From the NCBI RefSeq assembly GCF_004010195.1, contig NC_057744.1, positions 23,755,401-23,819,400 on the forward strand: 64,000 bases of DNA, written 5' to 3'. Made by a program: the position numbers and the translations under genes. The notes under the pieces are model-generated. The model was given only the letters and a program-made list of their open reading frames with translations, did not search any database and was not told the origin of the DNA. Below are positions 1 through 12,570 of this stretch, one piece after another; position 1 is the first letter of the stretch, and every line of letters begins with the position of its first letter. This DNA is from Chiloscyllium plagiosum. Its lineage: Eukaryota.

Positions 1-660
1 ATTTATCTGAAGATTCTCTGGGAAAGCACAGAGGAGATTGCCGAGCTTTTAGCTTTGATCTTTATGGCGTCTTTGTCTACAGGAATAGTGCTAGAATACT
101 GGAGGATAGCAAACATTGTCCCCTTGTTCAAGAAGGGGAGTAGACACATCCCTGGTAATTATAGACCAGTAAGCCTTAATTCAGTTGTGGGTAAAGTGTT
201 GGAAAGGGTTATAAGAAATAGGATTTATAATCATCTAGAAATGAATAAGTTGATTAGGGATAGTCAACATGGTTTTATGAAAAGTAAGTTGTGCCTCACA
301 AACCTTATTGAGTTCTTTGAGAAGGTGACCAGAAAGCTTGGTGAGGGTAAAGCAATTGATGTGGTGTATATGGATTTTAGTAAGGCATTTGATAAGGTTC
401 TCCACAGTAGGATATTGCACAAAATACGGAGGAATGAGATTGAGGGGGATTTAGTGGTTTGGATCAGAAATTGGCTAGCTGAAAGGAGAAGAGGATGGTG
501 GTTGATGGGAAATATTCATCCTGGAGTTCAGTTACTAATGGTGTAAGGACAAGAATGAAATAGTGTAGGTTACATGAGCTTCACATTGTTTTCACAGGTT
601 GGCACAATAGCGAGGGCCGAAGGGCCTGTACTGTGCTGTATTGGTCTATATTCTATGTTT
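1..660 (+). mobile_element. CR1 LINE ORF2 (RT) fragment joined to its 3' tail
   Basis: ORF 55..546 has CR1 motifs WRIANIVPLFKKG, PGNYRPVSL, SQHGF and DVVYMDFSKAFDKV. It jumps at ~545 to a CR1-type 3' end. Confidence 0.9.
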
Positions 661-2129
661 TAACTAGCCTATCCTTGTGAGTTGCAGTAACCACCTTGGT
701 TTCCTGCCAATTGTGTTATTGCCTGTTTAACTTGACCTTACTGGAAATAACGGAGAGGAAACTGGCCCTGAACATTTGCTCCTGTGGTCTCTAAGAATGT
801 AGTTTGCAGCTGTTGTTAACTTTCTGGTTATTTTATACAAACAACCTCCTCCCTTCATTGTTCTGGGTGTGGTAAGAATACTTCCATCGGGTTGACTCAC
901 TTTTTTGCACTTCACTGAGATGTAGGATTTATTCTTGGGTCGGCACAATATTCAGAATGAAACAGGAATTCTTCATTCAGCCCCTCAAGCTAATTCTAAC
1001 ATTCAGTTAAATCTGTATCATAATATCAATCTGCAGGTTGTTCATATTTACTGTGGTGATTCAGAGGTAGTATGACCAGGACAGACTTACCACAATTATA
1101 ATTTAAGTTTCGATATCTCTGTTGGTGATTTATGTATGAACCAGAAAACAGAACAGAACATCCATATATTCAAGATGAATGGTGTGGATTTCCATGCAAT
1201 TCTCTTGTTTATCCATCATAACTTCAGCTCAGGATCTGTACATTTGAGGAAAGAATGACATAAAATCTTTGCATGCCTCTTTTCCAGTTTCACTCTATTT
1301 CTTCCATTAAATTTCTTTTAGGATGGATTTTATGAATTCACTCAGTAAAAAATGACAACAAACAAGCTTTGACAAGAATCACAGAATCACTGTGGAAATG
1401 CATTTTCCAAGGGTGTTGAATAAAGATTCTGTTAACCAAAATGCATGCTCATTAATGGAATCTTTATAGCTTTTTGTTCTTGCAAACCTCCTTGAGAATT
1501 GTTTCCTTTCACCAAATGAAAATCATCCATGTAAACTGCAAAGAAAATGTGACTTGACACTCACCCCTGGGATACTTATTAGAAACTTTCATTTTAGCAT
1601 ACACTATGTTCCAGGCCCACAAGTGGATGATATCCCTAGCTATTGCAATAAATTGTCCTATTTACGGGTTCTTCTTCCACAATAGCACCCTATTGATTGC
1701 AGTTTCATTCTATTTTTAAGTTAATATAAACTTTAGAAGCTGTCCAAATCTCTCATTGGTCTGTGGCTCAATAATTATGTCAGGTGTCAAGAACAAAGTG
1801 CCGGTACACGAAAATGTGCCTGACATCGGAATCTCATATCCAAACAAATTTTCAGATGGTGGCATGTGAGATTTTGCTCTCCTCCCCTCGGTATCTTACA
1901 TACCACAACATTGAATCAACATTTGACATGGAGACACATAGTTTTGAGGACAGATTATCAATATCAGCATCAAAGAAGCCTGTTTAAAACATGTTTTCGA
2001 GGAGGAGGAAGAAGGGCTGGAGAAGATTAGGAAGACACTTCCAGAATTAAGATCCTAGAAAAACAAAACTCCATCTTCAATGGTGAAACAAGTCAATACT
2101 AGATAAATAAGTAGTTAAATTTGAAATTT

Positions 2130-3025
2130 AGGCAGACAGGCAGGTAATTCTGAGGAGGTCGGGAGGCTGCAGAAAGATTTAGGCAGTTTAGGAGAGTGGC
2201 CCAGGAAATGGTTGATGAAATTCAGCGTGAGCAAACGTGAGGGCTTGTACTTCAGAAAAAAGAATACAGGCATGGACTATTTTCTAAAAGGTGAGAAAAT
2301 TCATAAAGCCAAAGTACAAAGGGATCTGGGAGTGCTAGGCCAGAATTCTCTAAAAGTTGACTTGCAGGTTGAGTCCGTGGTTTGTTGTCATTTATCTCAA
2401 GAGGATTGGAATATAAAAGCAGTGATGTGCTACTGAGACGTTATAAAGCTCTAGTTAGGCCCCATTTAGAATACTGTGTCCAATTTTGGGCCCCATACCT
2501 CAGGAAGGACATACTGGCACTGGAGCGTGTCCAGCAGAGATTCACATGGATGATCACAGGAATGGTAAGCCTAACATATGATGAACGGCTGAGGATTCTG
2601 GGATTGTATTCATTAGAGGTAAGAAGGTTGAGGGGAGACCTAGTAGAAACTTACAAGGTAACGCATGGCTTAGAAAGGGTGGACATTGGGAAGTTGTTTC
2701 CGTTAGGCAGGGAACTAGGATCTGGGGCACAGCCTTAGAATTAGAGGGGGTCAATTTAGAATGGAAATGAGGAGACATTTATTCAGTCAGAGAATGGTGG
2801 GCCTGTGGAATTCACTGCCACGGAGTGCAGTGGAGGCTGGGATGTTAAATGCCTTCAAGGCAGAGATTGATAAATTCTTGATCTCGCAAGGAATTAAGGG
2901 AATACAGGGAGAATGCGGGTAAGTGGAATTGAAATGCCCATCAGCCATGATTGAATGGTGGAGTGGACTCAATGGGCTGAATGGCCTTCTTCCACTCCTT
3001 TGTGTTATGGTCTTAAGGTCTTATG
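2130..3025 (+). mobile_element. CR1 LINE 3' fragment
   Basis: YKALVRPHLEYCVQFWAPY...LERVQQRFT...RRLRGDL motifs followed by a CR1 3' UTR. Confidence 0.9.
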
Positions 3026-3039
3026 AAAAGAACCCAGAT

Positions 3040-4298
3040 GGTCTGGGGAGAATTGAAAGCCAGTCCGCCAGAGAGAGCAACTCCAGTCTCTCCACTACTC
3101 TTGACCCACTCCAATTTGATTTTTGGACCAACAGATCCACATCAGATGCCATATAACTTGCCCTTCACTTCTCCTTAGAACATCTTGACACCAAGAACAG
3201 CTACATAAGAATCCTAGTCATTGACTACAGTTCAACGTTATTATCCCCTCAAGACTGATTACTAAACTTCATGACCTTGGACTAAACCCCATTCTCTGCA
3301 ACTGGATCCTTAGTTTCCTGACCCACAGGCCACCATCAGTGAAGATTGGGGAAATATTTCATCCTCACTAACACTCAATACTGGAGTCCCCCAGGAGTGT
3401 GTACTCAACCTCCTACTGTACTCACTGTATACCCATGACTGCGTCACCAAATACCAGACTAATGCCATTTACAAGTTCGCTGATGACACCACCATAGTCA
3501 GTTGAATCTCAGATGGCGATGAAACAGACTACAGACGGGAGGTGGAAGACCTGGAAAAACGGTGCACTGAGAGCAACCTAGCTCTCAATGCCAGCAAAAC
3601 CAAGAAACTTATTAGTGACTTTCGGCGGGATGTTAATCATGCCTCCCTGCACATTAACAGCACAGAGATGAAACAAGTGAAGAGTGTCAGGTTCCTGGGA
3701 GTGGTCATCCACAACAAACTTTCTTGGACTCTTCATGTGAACGCACTGGTTACAAAGGCTCAACAATGTCTCTTCTTCCTCAGGCAGCTGAGGAAATTTG
3801 GCATGACGGCGAATACCCTTGCCAACTTTTATAGGTGTGCCATTCTGTCAGAATGTATTACTACCTGGTATGGCAACTGTACTATTCAAGTTTGGAGACG
3901 GTTACAGAGATTGGTGAACTCAGCCTGGACGATCACAAAGGCTAACGTCCCATCTATAGAACCCATCTACTAGGCCCACTGTGAAGGAAAGGCCACCAAC
4001 ATTCTCCAAGATCCATCCCACCCTGGCAATTTGTTTCTACAACCTCTACCATCAGGGAAAAGGTACAGAAGCCTGAACACATGCACCAGCTGGTTTCAAA
4101 ACAATTCCTACTGTGCTGTTGTTAGAATACTGAATGGACTGACAAACTCTTAACATTCACCTGAACCTGTGTTTTTTGTTTTTGCCGCTGTTTACCTATT
4201 ATTTACTTATCTATGCTATTTAACTCTATGATCTACCTGTTTTGCTTGCAAGACTGTGCCACAGTACACATGACAGTAAATTCAATTCAATTCAATTC
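3040..4298 (+). mobile_element. Rex1/Babar-like (L2/CR1 group) LINE 3' fragment
   Basis: LDPLQF..., KFADDTT, NLALNASKTK and KAQQCLFFLRQLRKF motifs. Ends in an (AATTC)n tail. Confidence 0.75.
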
Positions 4299-4419
4299 CC
4301 TTGAAGAACTTTAAATACAGAATATGCCTTTTGATTACAAGACATTGATGAACTGGGAGGCCGTATTGATCAGCGAGTTATGGCTAGAAGGAATTTGGTG
4401 TGAATTGGGGTATGCACTG

Positions 4420-5625
4420 AAAATAATTGAAAAGTGTAACGCTAGAAAAGAACAGCAATTCAGGCAGCATCCAAGGAGCAAGAAAGTTGACAATTCGGAC
4501 ATAAGTTCTTCATTAGGAGTTTGGAGAGGGAATGGGGATGAGAGATAAATAAGGAGTGGGGGTGCAGCTGGAGGGAAGGTAGCTGGGAAGGTGATGGGTA
4601 GATGCAGGTAGGGGCTAATTGTGACAGGTTGGTGGGGAGAGTGGAGGGGATAGATGGGAAAGAAGATGGACAGGTCAAGAGAACAGTGCCAAGTTGGAGG
4701 GTTGGATATGGGATGAGATGTGGGGAGGATAAATTTGGGAACTAGTGAAGTCAATGTTGATGCTGTGTGGTTGAAGGATTCAAAGGCGGAAGTTGAGGCT
4801 TTCTTCCTCCAGTTGGCTGGTAGCTTTGATTCAGAGGTAGAGGAGGCCCAGGACTGGCATGTAACTGGAGGAGTGAGAGGGGGAGATAGAGTGGTCAGCC
4901 ACAGAGCAGTGTATGTCCCAGAGATGCTCTCTGAAATGCTCTGCGAGTTGGCGGTCTTTCTCCCTAATGTAGAGGAGACTACATGAAGAGCAACAGACTT
5001 AGTAGATGAGATGTTTGAATGTGCAGGAAAATCTCTGCCAGATGTGAAAGGATCTTTTGGGGCCTTGGACACAGGTGAGGGGGGAGCTGTGGGCACAGGC
5101 TTTACATTTCTTGCGGCAGCAAGGGAAGGAGCCAGGAGTAGAGGGTGGATTGGTGGGGGGTGTAGACCGAACGAGGGATTTGCTGAGGGAATGTCTTTGT
5201 GGAATTTAGACAGGGGTGTGGAGGGAAATATATCTCTGGTGGTGGTGTCTATCTGTAGGTGGTGGAAATGGCAGAGGATAATATGCCATGTCCAGATATT
5301 AGTGGGCAGGAGTGATTGGGGGAGGAGCCGGGAGAGTCTACATGCTTTGTGATTTGAGGGGTGGGGTTCAAGGGCGGAGGTGCAGGAAATGGAGGAGATG
5401 TGCTCAAGGGAGCACGTGGGAGGGGAAATTGCAGTTCCTGAAATAGGAGGACATCTGGGATGTTCAGAGTGGAATTTCTCCTCCTGGGAGCAAATATGGT
5501 GGAGGCAAAAGAATTGGGAGTGAGGAATAACGTTTTGGCAGTAGGGGGGTTGTGGAAGGAGGTGTAGTCCAGGTAGCTGTGGGAGTCGGTGGGTTTGAAA
5601 TAGATGTCTATGCTGAAGAGTCATG
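4420..5625 (-). mobile_element. Penelope-like element fragment (RT C-terminus / GIY-YIG region plus terminal repeat), frameshifted
   Basis: The long - strand ORF 4335..5624 is an off-frame read of a Penelope ORF. A degenerate hammerhead-type terminal repeat sits at ~4450-4520. Confidence 0.75.
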
Positions 5626-7057
5626 CTGTATGTGAATTTGAAGTGGACAATGTAACCAATAAGATAACAGTTTTGCTCAAAGTGCTGTGATATTATAAAA
5701 TTTAGAACTTTAATAAATGTTCATGGATTGAATAAATCAACAAAAAACAATTGCACATGGAACACAGCAGTAATAATTCTGTCTGGAAGAAATGATTAAG
5801 GAAAAGGAGAAATCTTCACAGGAATTGAAAGCAATTAGCTGTGCCTAGGAGTTGAAACCACATGAACAAAACTACTTTAACGCCTGCTTGGGTAACTGGA
5901 TGGTCTATTGTCACAAAGGACAATGATTGTCCTGCAGAATTTAAGGAGTTAATCACAGAAAAGCTGTGTCTTCAAAGAGACAGTCAATGCCAAATGTAAC
6001 AAGTAACAAAGACTTGCAATTTGGATGAAAAGATTTTCAAAATATCATCAGTAATATCACATATAGACCAAAGGACAAAGATCTGACAAGAATCAAACAT
6101 CAGAACTCCCCCGTAGCAGAACTTTGAAGAACAGCACTGCAAAAGGATGAAACCATGGACAGTTCCAGAGACACCTTGGTGAAATCTGACCATGTTCCAT
6201 CATGAAGCAGATAATAGCCAACTGGGTTGTGAGGCTTAACTTGCTGACATCAGAGGTCTTGGTTTGGTTGCTACATGCAATAAAGTTTAGACCATTTTTC
6301 AGTACTTGACTGACTGTGAGCATTCTTGATAAGTGGCCCAATTAAAGGTAACTTGTGATGATTCACTCACAACAGTATCAATGAATAAACAAGAGAAAGT
6401 AAATGTGATTCAAATAGTTCACTTGAAGGTATGAAACTTGGAATAAAATAATTATCCCAAAGAAAAAGAGATTCATAATAACTATGATTATCATCAGAAG
6501 AAAATTCTGAAAATTCATTGTTTCTCTGAGGTCTGACATTTTCATCTGCATTTGTGGCATGATAAAGCACACTTCTGCACTGTTTCATTATTCCTTAGTG
6601 AATCAATCCTCCTGTATCAGGAACAGGAGTACACAACACTGTAAACAAGTTGTGATTCTCTGGATGATCTTTTCAGCCTGAAGCTGTACTCTTTACATGG
6701 GATTTTGTCACATTTACTTTCTGAAATCCCCCGTTTGATATTTCATTGCAACTTCTCACAGCAGTTTCTAATTTCATTGTGGTTTAATGATTGTATGATT
6801 TGAATTGCTGAAGAACATTTCTGTTTTCTCTCATCGGTGCTGTGTGGGCTGCTGTTCATTTCCAACATTCGTTGTCTTTTTAAAATGTTGTTGCATTGTT
6901 CATTTCATTTATGTGGCTGTTTTGTGAAATAATGGAACAATGTTACATGTATTGAATTTTAAATGCAACCTGTTTCAGACATTAACACAAGCACTGAATT
7001 AGTTTATATTCTTCTCATTACTAATGCTTTAAATAACATAGCTTGATATTGTATGTG

Positions 7058-7245
7058 GAGAATTGGTGGTGCTGGAAAAGCACAGCAGGTCAGGCAGCAT
7101 CCGAGGAGCAGGAGAGTCGATGTTTCGAGCATAAGCTCTTCATCACACTCTTGCTCCTCGGATACTGCCTGATCTGCTGTGCTTTTCCAGTGTCTAAAGT
7201 TTTGACTGTGACTCTCCAGCACCTCCAGTCCTCACTGTCTCCTCT
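7058..7245. mobile_element. Palindromic Penelope-derived short insert with 12-bp TSD
   Basis: Inverted arms gctggaaaagcacagcaggtcaggcagcatcc / ggatactgcctgatctgctgtgcttttccag. ATATTGTATGTG occurs at 7046-7057 and 7246-7257. Confidence 0.75.
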
Positions 7246-7392
7246 ATATTGTATGTGTGTGCTAATAATCAATTACTCCATAAATAATTTGGTGCAAATG
7301 TTGCTGTATCCATCATGAATGTAAAGTCAGTACTGTCACTCTTCAGTACATCAATGTCTTTCTACTTATCACTTGAAATGTAAATACTTTAC

Positions 7393-7730
7393 CGTACATC
7401 TGTATCCTTGTCCTCTTCTCTCCAATGGAGGGTAGACATTTGGTAGCTTCACCATGCAGGTATAATTGTACTGAGAATGATCAAAAGAAACATTTTCAAT
7501 CTCCAGTGATGTGAAACAGCGTCTGAAACTACCTAGATTAACATCACGAACACAGGTCAGCTTCTTAATGTGGGAGTTCTTATTTCCCAGTAGTGACTCC
7601 CCCTGGAAATTAGCATGGATCCATTCATGATTAGTTCCATTATAAATCCATGTACAGTTTATTGTGACTGATTCTCCTGTCAAGACACTGAGCAGGCGCG
7701 GCTGAGTCACCTCTCCAATGAATGGTTCAC
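7393..7730 (-). pseudogene. Gene A V-set Ig exon (paralog of the gene B V exon), probably disabled
   Basis: Acceptor attccatcag| in phase 1. Encodes EVTQP..VTINC..W..LTC..C..LEIENVS..NYTC..VYPPL..GQG. Donor |gtaaag is in phase 0, so the exon is 338 nt versus 348 nt in the paralog. Confidence 0.8.
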
Positions 7731-8308
7731 CTGATGGAATAAAGCAGTTCACCATAATCATCATCATTTGAAATGTTCTATCCATTGGATCATCTATGAA
7801 AAACATGATAATTTTACGTGTCTTCTCTCTGATTTGCGATGGTTTGTTTCCTAGTTTTCTGTGTTAAAATGGTGGGGGGGTTTTTCCTGGTCTGAATTTG
7901 TTTTTTTATGAAACCAGATTCAAAATCTTTTGGAGATCTTTGTTTCCAGTTCTCTGAAGCTGCTTCTATCAATTTGAACAATTTGCAAAGAGAGGCCACC
8001 CTTTTTCTGAAGATCTTAAAAAAGAACTTTAAATATTCTGAATCCTATCGGCATTAGGATTCACGATCAGTATCCAAAGTATCGTCTCAACTGGAATGTA
8101 ACTTTTACACAGGAGGTTTAACCCAACCACCATGATGTGGATATTTGAACAGTGTCAAAATTGTCCAAGTGACAAGGTGATGGTTCACTTGCTCTCTCTG
8201 CAATTCCACACTATATAGAAAAGCTGAAATACCCGAAAAGGGGGAATCCTATACCTCCAGGCGCCAGCGCCGAGTGAATATCCCAATGTCCTGAGCAGAG
8301 CATCTTAC

Positions 8309-8357
8309 CTCGAACTGCTGTTTGCAAAATGAAAAGCAGTTTCAGCAGCTGCTGCAT
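8309..8357 (-). CDS. Gene A leader exon (MQQLLKLLFILQTAVRG)
   Basis: ATG at 8357, hydrophobic signal-like peptide, phase-1 donor G|GTAAGA matching the V-exon acceptor phase. Confidence 0.8.
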
Positions 8358-8399
8358 CTTTCAGAGTTTCCGAACGTTCCGAAAACTGTTTCAGCTCCA

Positions 8400-8560
8400 G
8401 ACCTGAAGCAGGAAGAGTGTTGTCCTTGAGAGGGTTTCAGACATCAGTGCAGGTGCCCCGCCAGGGGAATAATTTATATTTCAGCTCGAAACCAGCAGCA
8501 ACTGCGGAATGCCATGGGTTTTAGCTGCTGTAAGGAAGGAAGTTACGTAGGAAGCAAAGA
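8400..8560 (-). promoter_or_regulatory. Putative promoter of gene A
   Basis: TATAAA on the - strand at 8473-8478. Cluster of GGAAG (ETS/PU.1-type) sites at ~8411, 8534-8543 and 8550. Confidence 0.4.
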
Positions 8561-9667
8561 AAGTTTATTTTTCCCTTTATGGGTTCTGTTAACTCTGTCG
8601 TGGTGACACATGTATTTGGAGAACATGAAAATTCAGGATTAAAGAGATAAAGAGAACTAAATTTTATTGTGCGTCAGAGAAGCTGATCCATGTTTGGGAC
8701 AATTTCTCTGTTGTCTTCGATGAAGGAATAAAACAGGACCTGTCCTGGGATGGTTTGGCAAAGGACTTGAGTCTTCTTGAAGTTGACACTTAAATCTTTT
8801 TTTTCCAGTGTGCTTCTGCAAAGATGTTAAGTGAGGCTTGTACTTTCTTGAAATGCTTTGAGGTGGTCTGGCCTGGTCCATAACAGTAATGAAGGCAATG
8901 ATTATTTAATATTGAGAAGATGTTGCTGGGTGTAGATCAAAGGAAGAACAGTATTCCATTATAAAGGGCAGTGGGGTGCTTTGCAGTCTGCCTCCCTTGA
9001 CAATGTCACGTCCTTTGATCAGGAATTGATCAGGAATTTTGTCAAGGGATCACACTGCTGCATCACTCTACCCCTGATCTCCGCATGGGAGATGACAATC
9101 TGGGTGTAGAGAGCAAATGCATGTCAAAAGTCTACCTGGGGTTAATACAAACAATATTGTAATGAGGTTATTAAGTGGCCATCAATTAACCACTGAAGGA
9201 CACCAATTGGGGGTGCAAGGGAATGTTCAACTATGAAACGTTGAGGGATAACTATAAATGTTGCAGATATTGAAAGTTCTCTCCACCTTCGTCCCATTAC
9301 TTTCCTTTTAAGGTCACATGTACCTGAGTCCTGTTGCTGCTTTGATGCTGAACACTGAATACTGTCAAGGCAATCCTTTGTTCAGACCGTGATGTTGCAG
9401 ATAGCCTCAGGATCATTAACAGTAAATAAAACAGCAGCATTCTTCTGTTCACAAACACATTTTATAACCACAGGGAACCATCAAATCCAAGTCACTTATA
9501 TTATTGTTACTTCCAAACTATTGCTTGGAGAATGAAATGCCAGATTTATCTGGTAAAGCATAATTTCTAAAGAGGTTTCCTATCTTCTCTGCATTTGAGA
9601 AGAAAGCACTGTCTGATATCATTGAATAACATCTGTTACAGCTTTCAGAGTACTTAAATAGCTAAAA

Positions 9668-10134
9668 CCATAGAGTCCGTACAGTGTGAAAACAGGCCCT
9701 TCAGCCCAACAAGTCCACACTGACCCTCCGAAGAGTAACCTACCCAGACCCATTCCCCCTATCCTATGACTAGTGCACCTAACCTACACATCCCTGAACA
9801 ACTAAGCATGGCCAATTCACCTGATCTACACATCTTTGGATTCATCAGGATTCATTCCTGATGAAGGGCTTTTGCCTGAAACGTTGGTTTTCCTGCTCCT
9901 CGGATGCTGCCTGACCTGCTGTGCTTTTCCAGCACCACTCTAATCTAGACTCTGATATCCAGCATCTGTAGTCCTTACTTTTGCCCTATACGTCTTTGGG
10001 CTGTGGGAGGAATCACACACAGATACGGGGAGAATGTGCAAACTCCTCACAGACAGGGACCTAGGGCTGGAATCAAACCCGGGTCCCTGGCATTGTGTGG
10101 AAATAGTGCTCACCACTGAGCCACCATGCCACCC
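9668..10134 (-). mobile_element. HE1-type tRNA SINE interrupted by a Penelope-derived insert (9840-9985)
   Basis: tRNA head ggtggctcagtggtgagcact on the - strand and an HE1 body. Near-duplicated ctacacatctttgg / ctatacgtctttgg flank the insert. Confidence 0.8.
9858..9885 (+). ncRNA. Minimal type I hammerhead ribozyme core (Penelope-type)
   Basis: CTGATGA-A-GGGC-TTTT-GCCT-GAAAC-GTT. Confidence 0.55.
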
Positions 10135-10879
10135 CAAATGTAATTTAAAGTTTAAGTTGTCAGTGTTTTTGAACCTTTTCCAAAGTTTGAATATGGCATT
10201 GAAGTGAAAGGCAACTTTGTTAGCAATTATTGGTCTTCAGTCATTTTACAATAGTTTGTGCTTTTTGTCAAAGTTTTGATAGCTTGGACATCTTATGGAT
10301 CAATGCTTCTGTTACCTTTAATGATAAAAAAAAGTATACTTCCCCTGTTTGTATAGCTTGGACATATCTCATATCTTATTTGCAAATGTTGATTAAAACA
10401 ATTGTTTTCATCAGTCAAAAATATTAGAGCTTCTTATAATATTTCATTTTATTACCCTTTGACTAGAATTGCTTCCACATTTTCTTCCAAATATAATAGA
10501 TGAATTTGTACCACATTGGTATTAGATATAAAAGATGTACAGTTTAATTTCAAAGATACATCTGGTCTCCCTTTTTTCTACAACTGCAATATTTATTGTG
10601 AGGCAGTTTCATAAACACAGAAGAACAAAATAGTCACCATTCCCCTGACTAATTTTATCTTTTTGTACATGACCATTCTCCTGACTAACAATAAAACTAT
10701 CATCTTAGTAGTATCTATACATAACATAAATACTAATGCTTGTCACCAATTAAGATATATTGTAGAAAATTGTGTAAGAGCAACTAATTCTCAAAAAAGT
10801 ACTTTGTCTTCAAAGGTTTTTTCTTTGCCTTCTAGTCCTCTAGAAATGAATGGCAACATTGTGTGTGCCTTGCTAACTA

Positions 10880-11810
10880 ACAACTGAGCTTGTATATTAA
10901 TTTTAAGGGAATCCTAAGTTTCTTTGTGCTTCAGATTTCCAAAGCCTTTCCACATTTAGAAAATATTCTGCACATTTATTCCTCCTACCAAAGTGCATTG
11001 TCTCACACTTCCTCACATTGTATTCTATCTGCCACTTCTTTTCCTATTCTCCTAGCCTGTCCAAGTTCTTTTTCAGCCTCCCCACTTTAAAAACACTACC
11101 TATCCCTCCAGATGTGTCATCTGTAATCTCTGCAGCAATGCCCTTAGTTCATTCTTGCATTCTGTGTAAGATGAATAGTTGTGATCCCTACACTGACCCC
11201 ATGAGTCACTGGCTGCCATCCTGAAAAGGAGCTCTTTATCTCCACTCTCTGCTTTCTGCCAGTCAGCCAATCTTCTATCCTTGCCATGACCTTGATTCTA
11301 ATACAATGGACTCTTATGTTATTTAGCAGTCTCCCATGCAGCAGTTTGTCAAAGACCTTGTGGAAGTCCAAATTGATCAGATCCACTGACTCTTCTTTGG
11401 GAGAAAGTGAGGACTGCAGATGCTGGAGATCAGAGACAAGAGTGTGGTATTGGAAAACACAACAGGTCAGGCAGCATTCGAGGAGCAGGAGAGTCGACGT
11501 TTTGAGCATTAGCCCTTCATCAGGAATGAGTGTCTCTTCTTTGTCTAACTCAAAGAATTCTAACAGGCTTGTCAGGCATGATCTTCCTTGATAAAGCCAT
11601 GCTCACTCAGCACATGAAGACTGGCCTAAAGTATCTATTCAGATCCTCCACCATTTCTTTGTTTCCCGTTCCTACTTCTTCAGCCAGATTTTACAATAAT
11701 CCAATGATCCCTTTTAGCTCTCTCTTGCTAGTTACATACCTAACAGAAATTCTTGCAATCTTCTTTCATATTATTAGTCAGCTTACTCTCATATTTCATC
11801 TTTGCAATTA
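10880..11810 (-). mobile_element. Degenerate CR1 RT fragments with a nested Penelope-derived insert (~11400-11530)
   Basis: LDFHKVFDKLLHGRLL...WLTGRKQRV in ORF 11144..11509. ctcttctttg is duplicated around the insert. Confidence 0.75.
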
Positions 11811-11823
11811 CTCTCATATTTCA

Positions 11824-11844
11824 ACACACACACACACACACACA
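11824..11844 (+). repeat. (CA)n microsatellite
   Basis: About 10 AC units. Confidence 0.9.
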
Positions 11845-12239
11845 TATGCCAAACTAGTGTCTGGAACTGAATATTTGCAGAGTCCAGGATTAGATATTTA
11901 AAAATCTGGTTAAGAACCATTGGGCTCAATTTTAAGAGTCTGTGAAGTTTTAATTTTACTGTGTTGCAAATACTGATTTGGGTTGGCTGTCGGTCTCCAT
12001 GTTGTATTAATGAAATTTGAATTTAGTCTGGTTGATGGATGAAAATTTTCAAGAGTCCAGTCGAAAGGAAAATGCACAAAAAGAATGTCATATGCATGGA
12101 TTTGAAAGAAGACAAACAGTAAGCTGCTTAACAAGTAGGAAGTGCAAAAAAATCAGAAATAAATAAGACTTTTATTCATTCATGGAATATGGATTTTGTT
12201 TTGTCAAGGCTAACATGTATTGCCCATCTCATGAAGGGC

Positions 12240-12570
12240 ATAGATAAGGTGAATAACAAAGGTGTTTTCTTTTGGGTTGGGGAATTCAAATCTAGAGGGC
12301 ATATGATGAAAGGTGAAAGATTTAGAAAGGGACCTGTAGAGCAACTTTTTCACACAGAGGGTGGTTGATATGTGGAATGAACTGCCAGAGGAAGTGATAG
12401 ATGGAGGTAGTTGTAACATTGAAAAGACATTTGGCCAGGTACATGAATAGGAAAGATTTAGAGGTATATGGACTAAACACAGGCAAATGGTATTAGGTTA
12501 GTTTAGGAAATGTTGCTGGCCACATTTACAGTTTGGATCAAATGGTCTGTTTCCATGTTGTAGACTCTAT
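12240..12570 (+). mobile_element. CR1 3' fragment
   Basis: FFTQRVVDMWNELPEEV-type end of ORF2 plus 3' UTR. Confidence 0.8.

Noticed and set aside
1091-1235. Exon-like segment on the - strand with good acceptor and donor
   Set aside because: Stops occur early in all three frames, so it cannot be assigned.
4335-5624. 429-aa ORF as a novel Pro/Ser-rich protein
   Set aside because: Off-frame read of a frameshifted Penelope element.
6370-6440. Candidate TM exon for gene A
   Set aside because: Compatible frames contain stops and hydrophobicity is weak. The region 5800-6600 looks more like decayed LTR-retrotransposon integrase sequence (low confidence).
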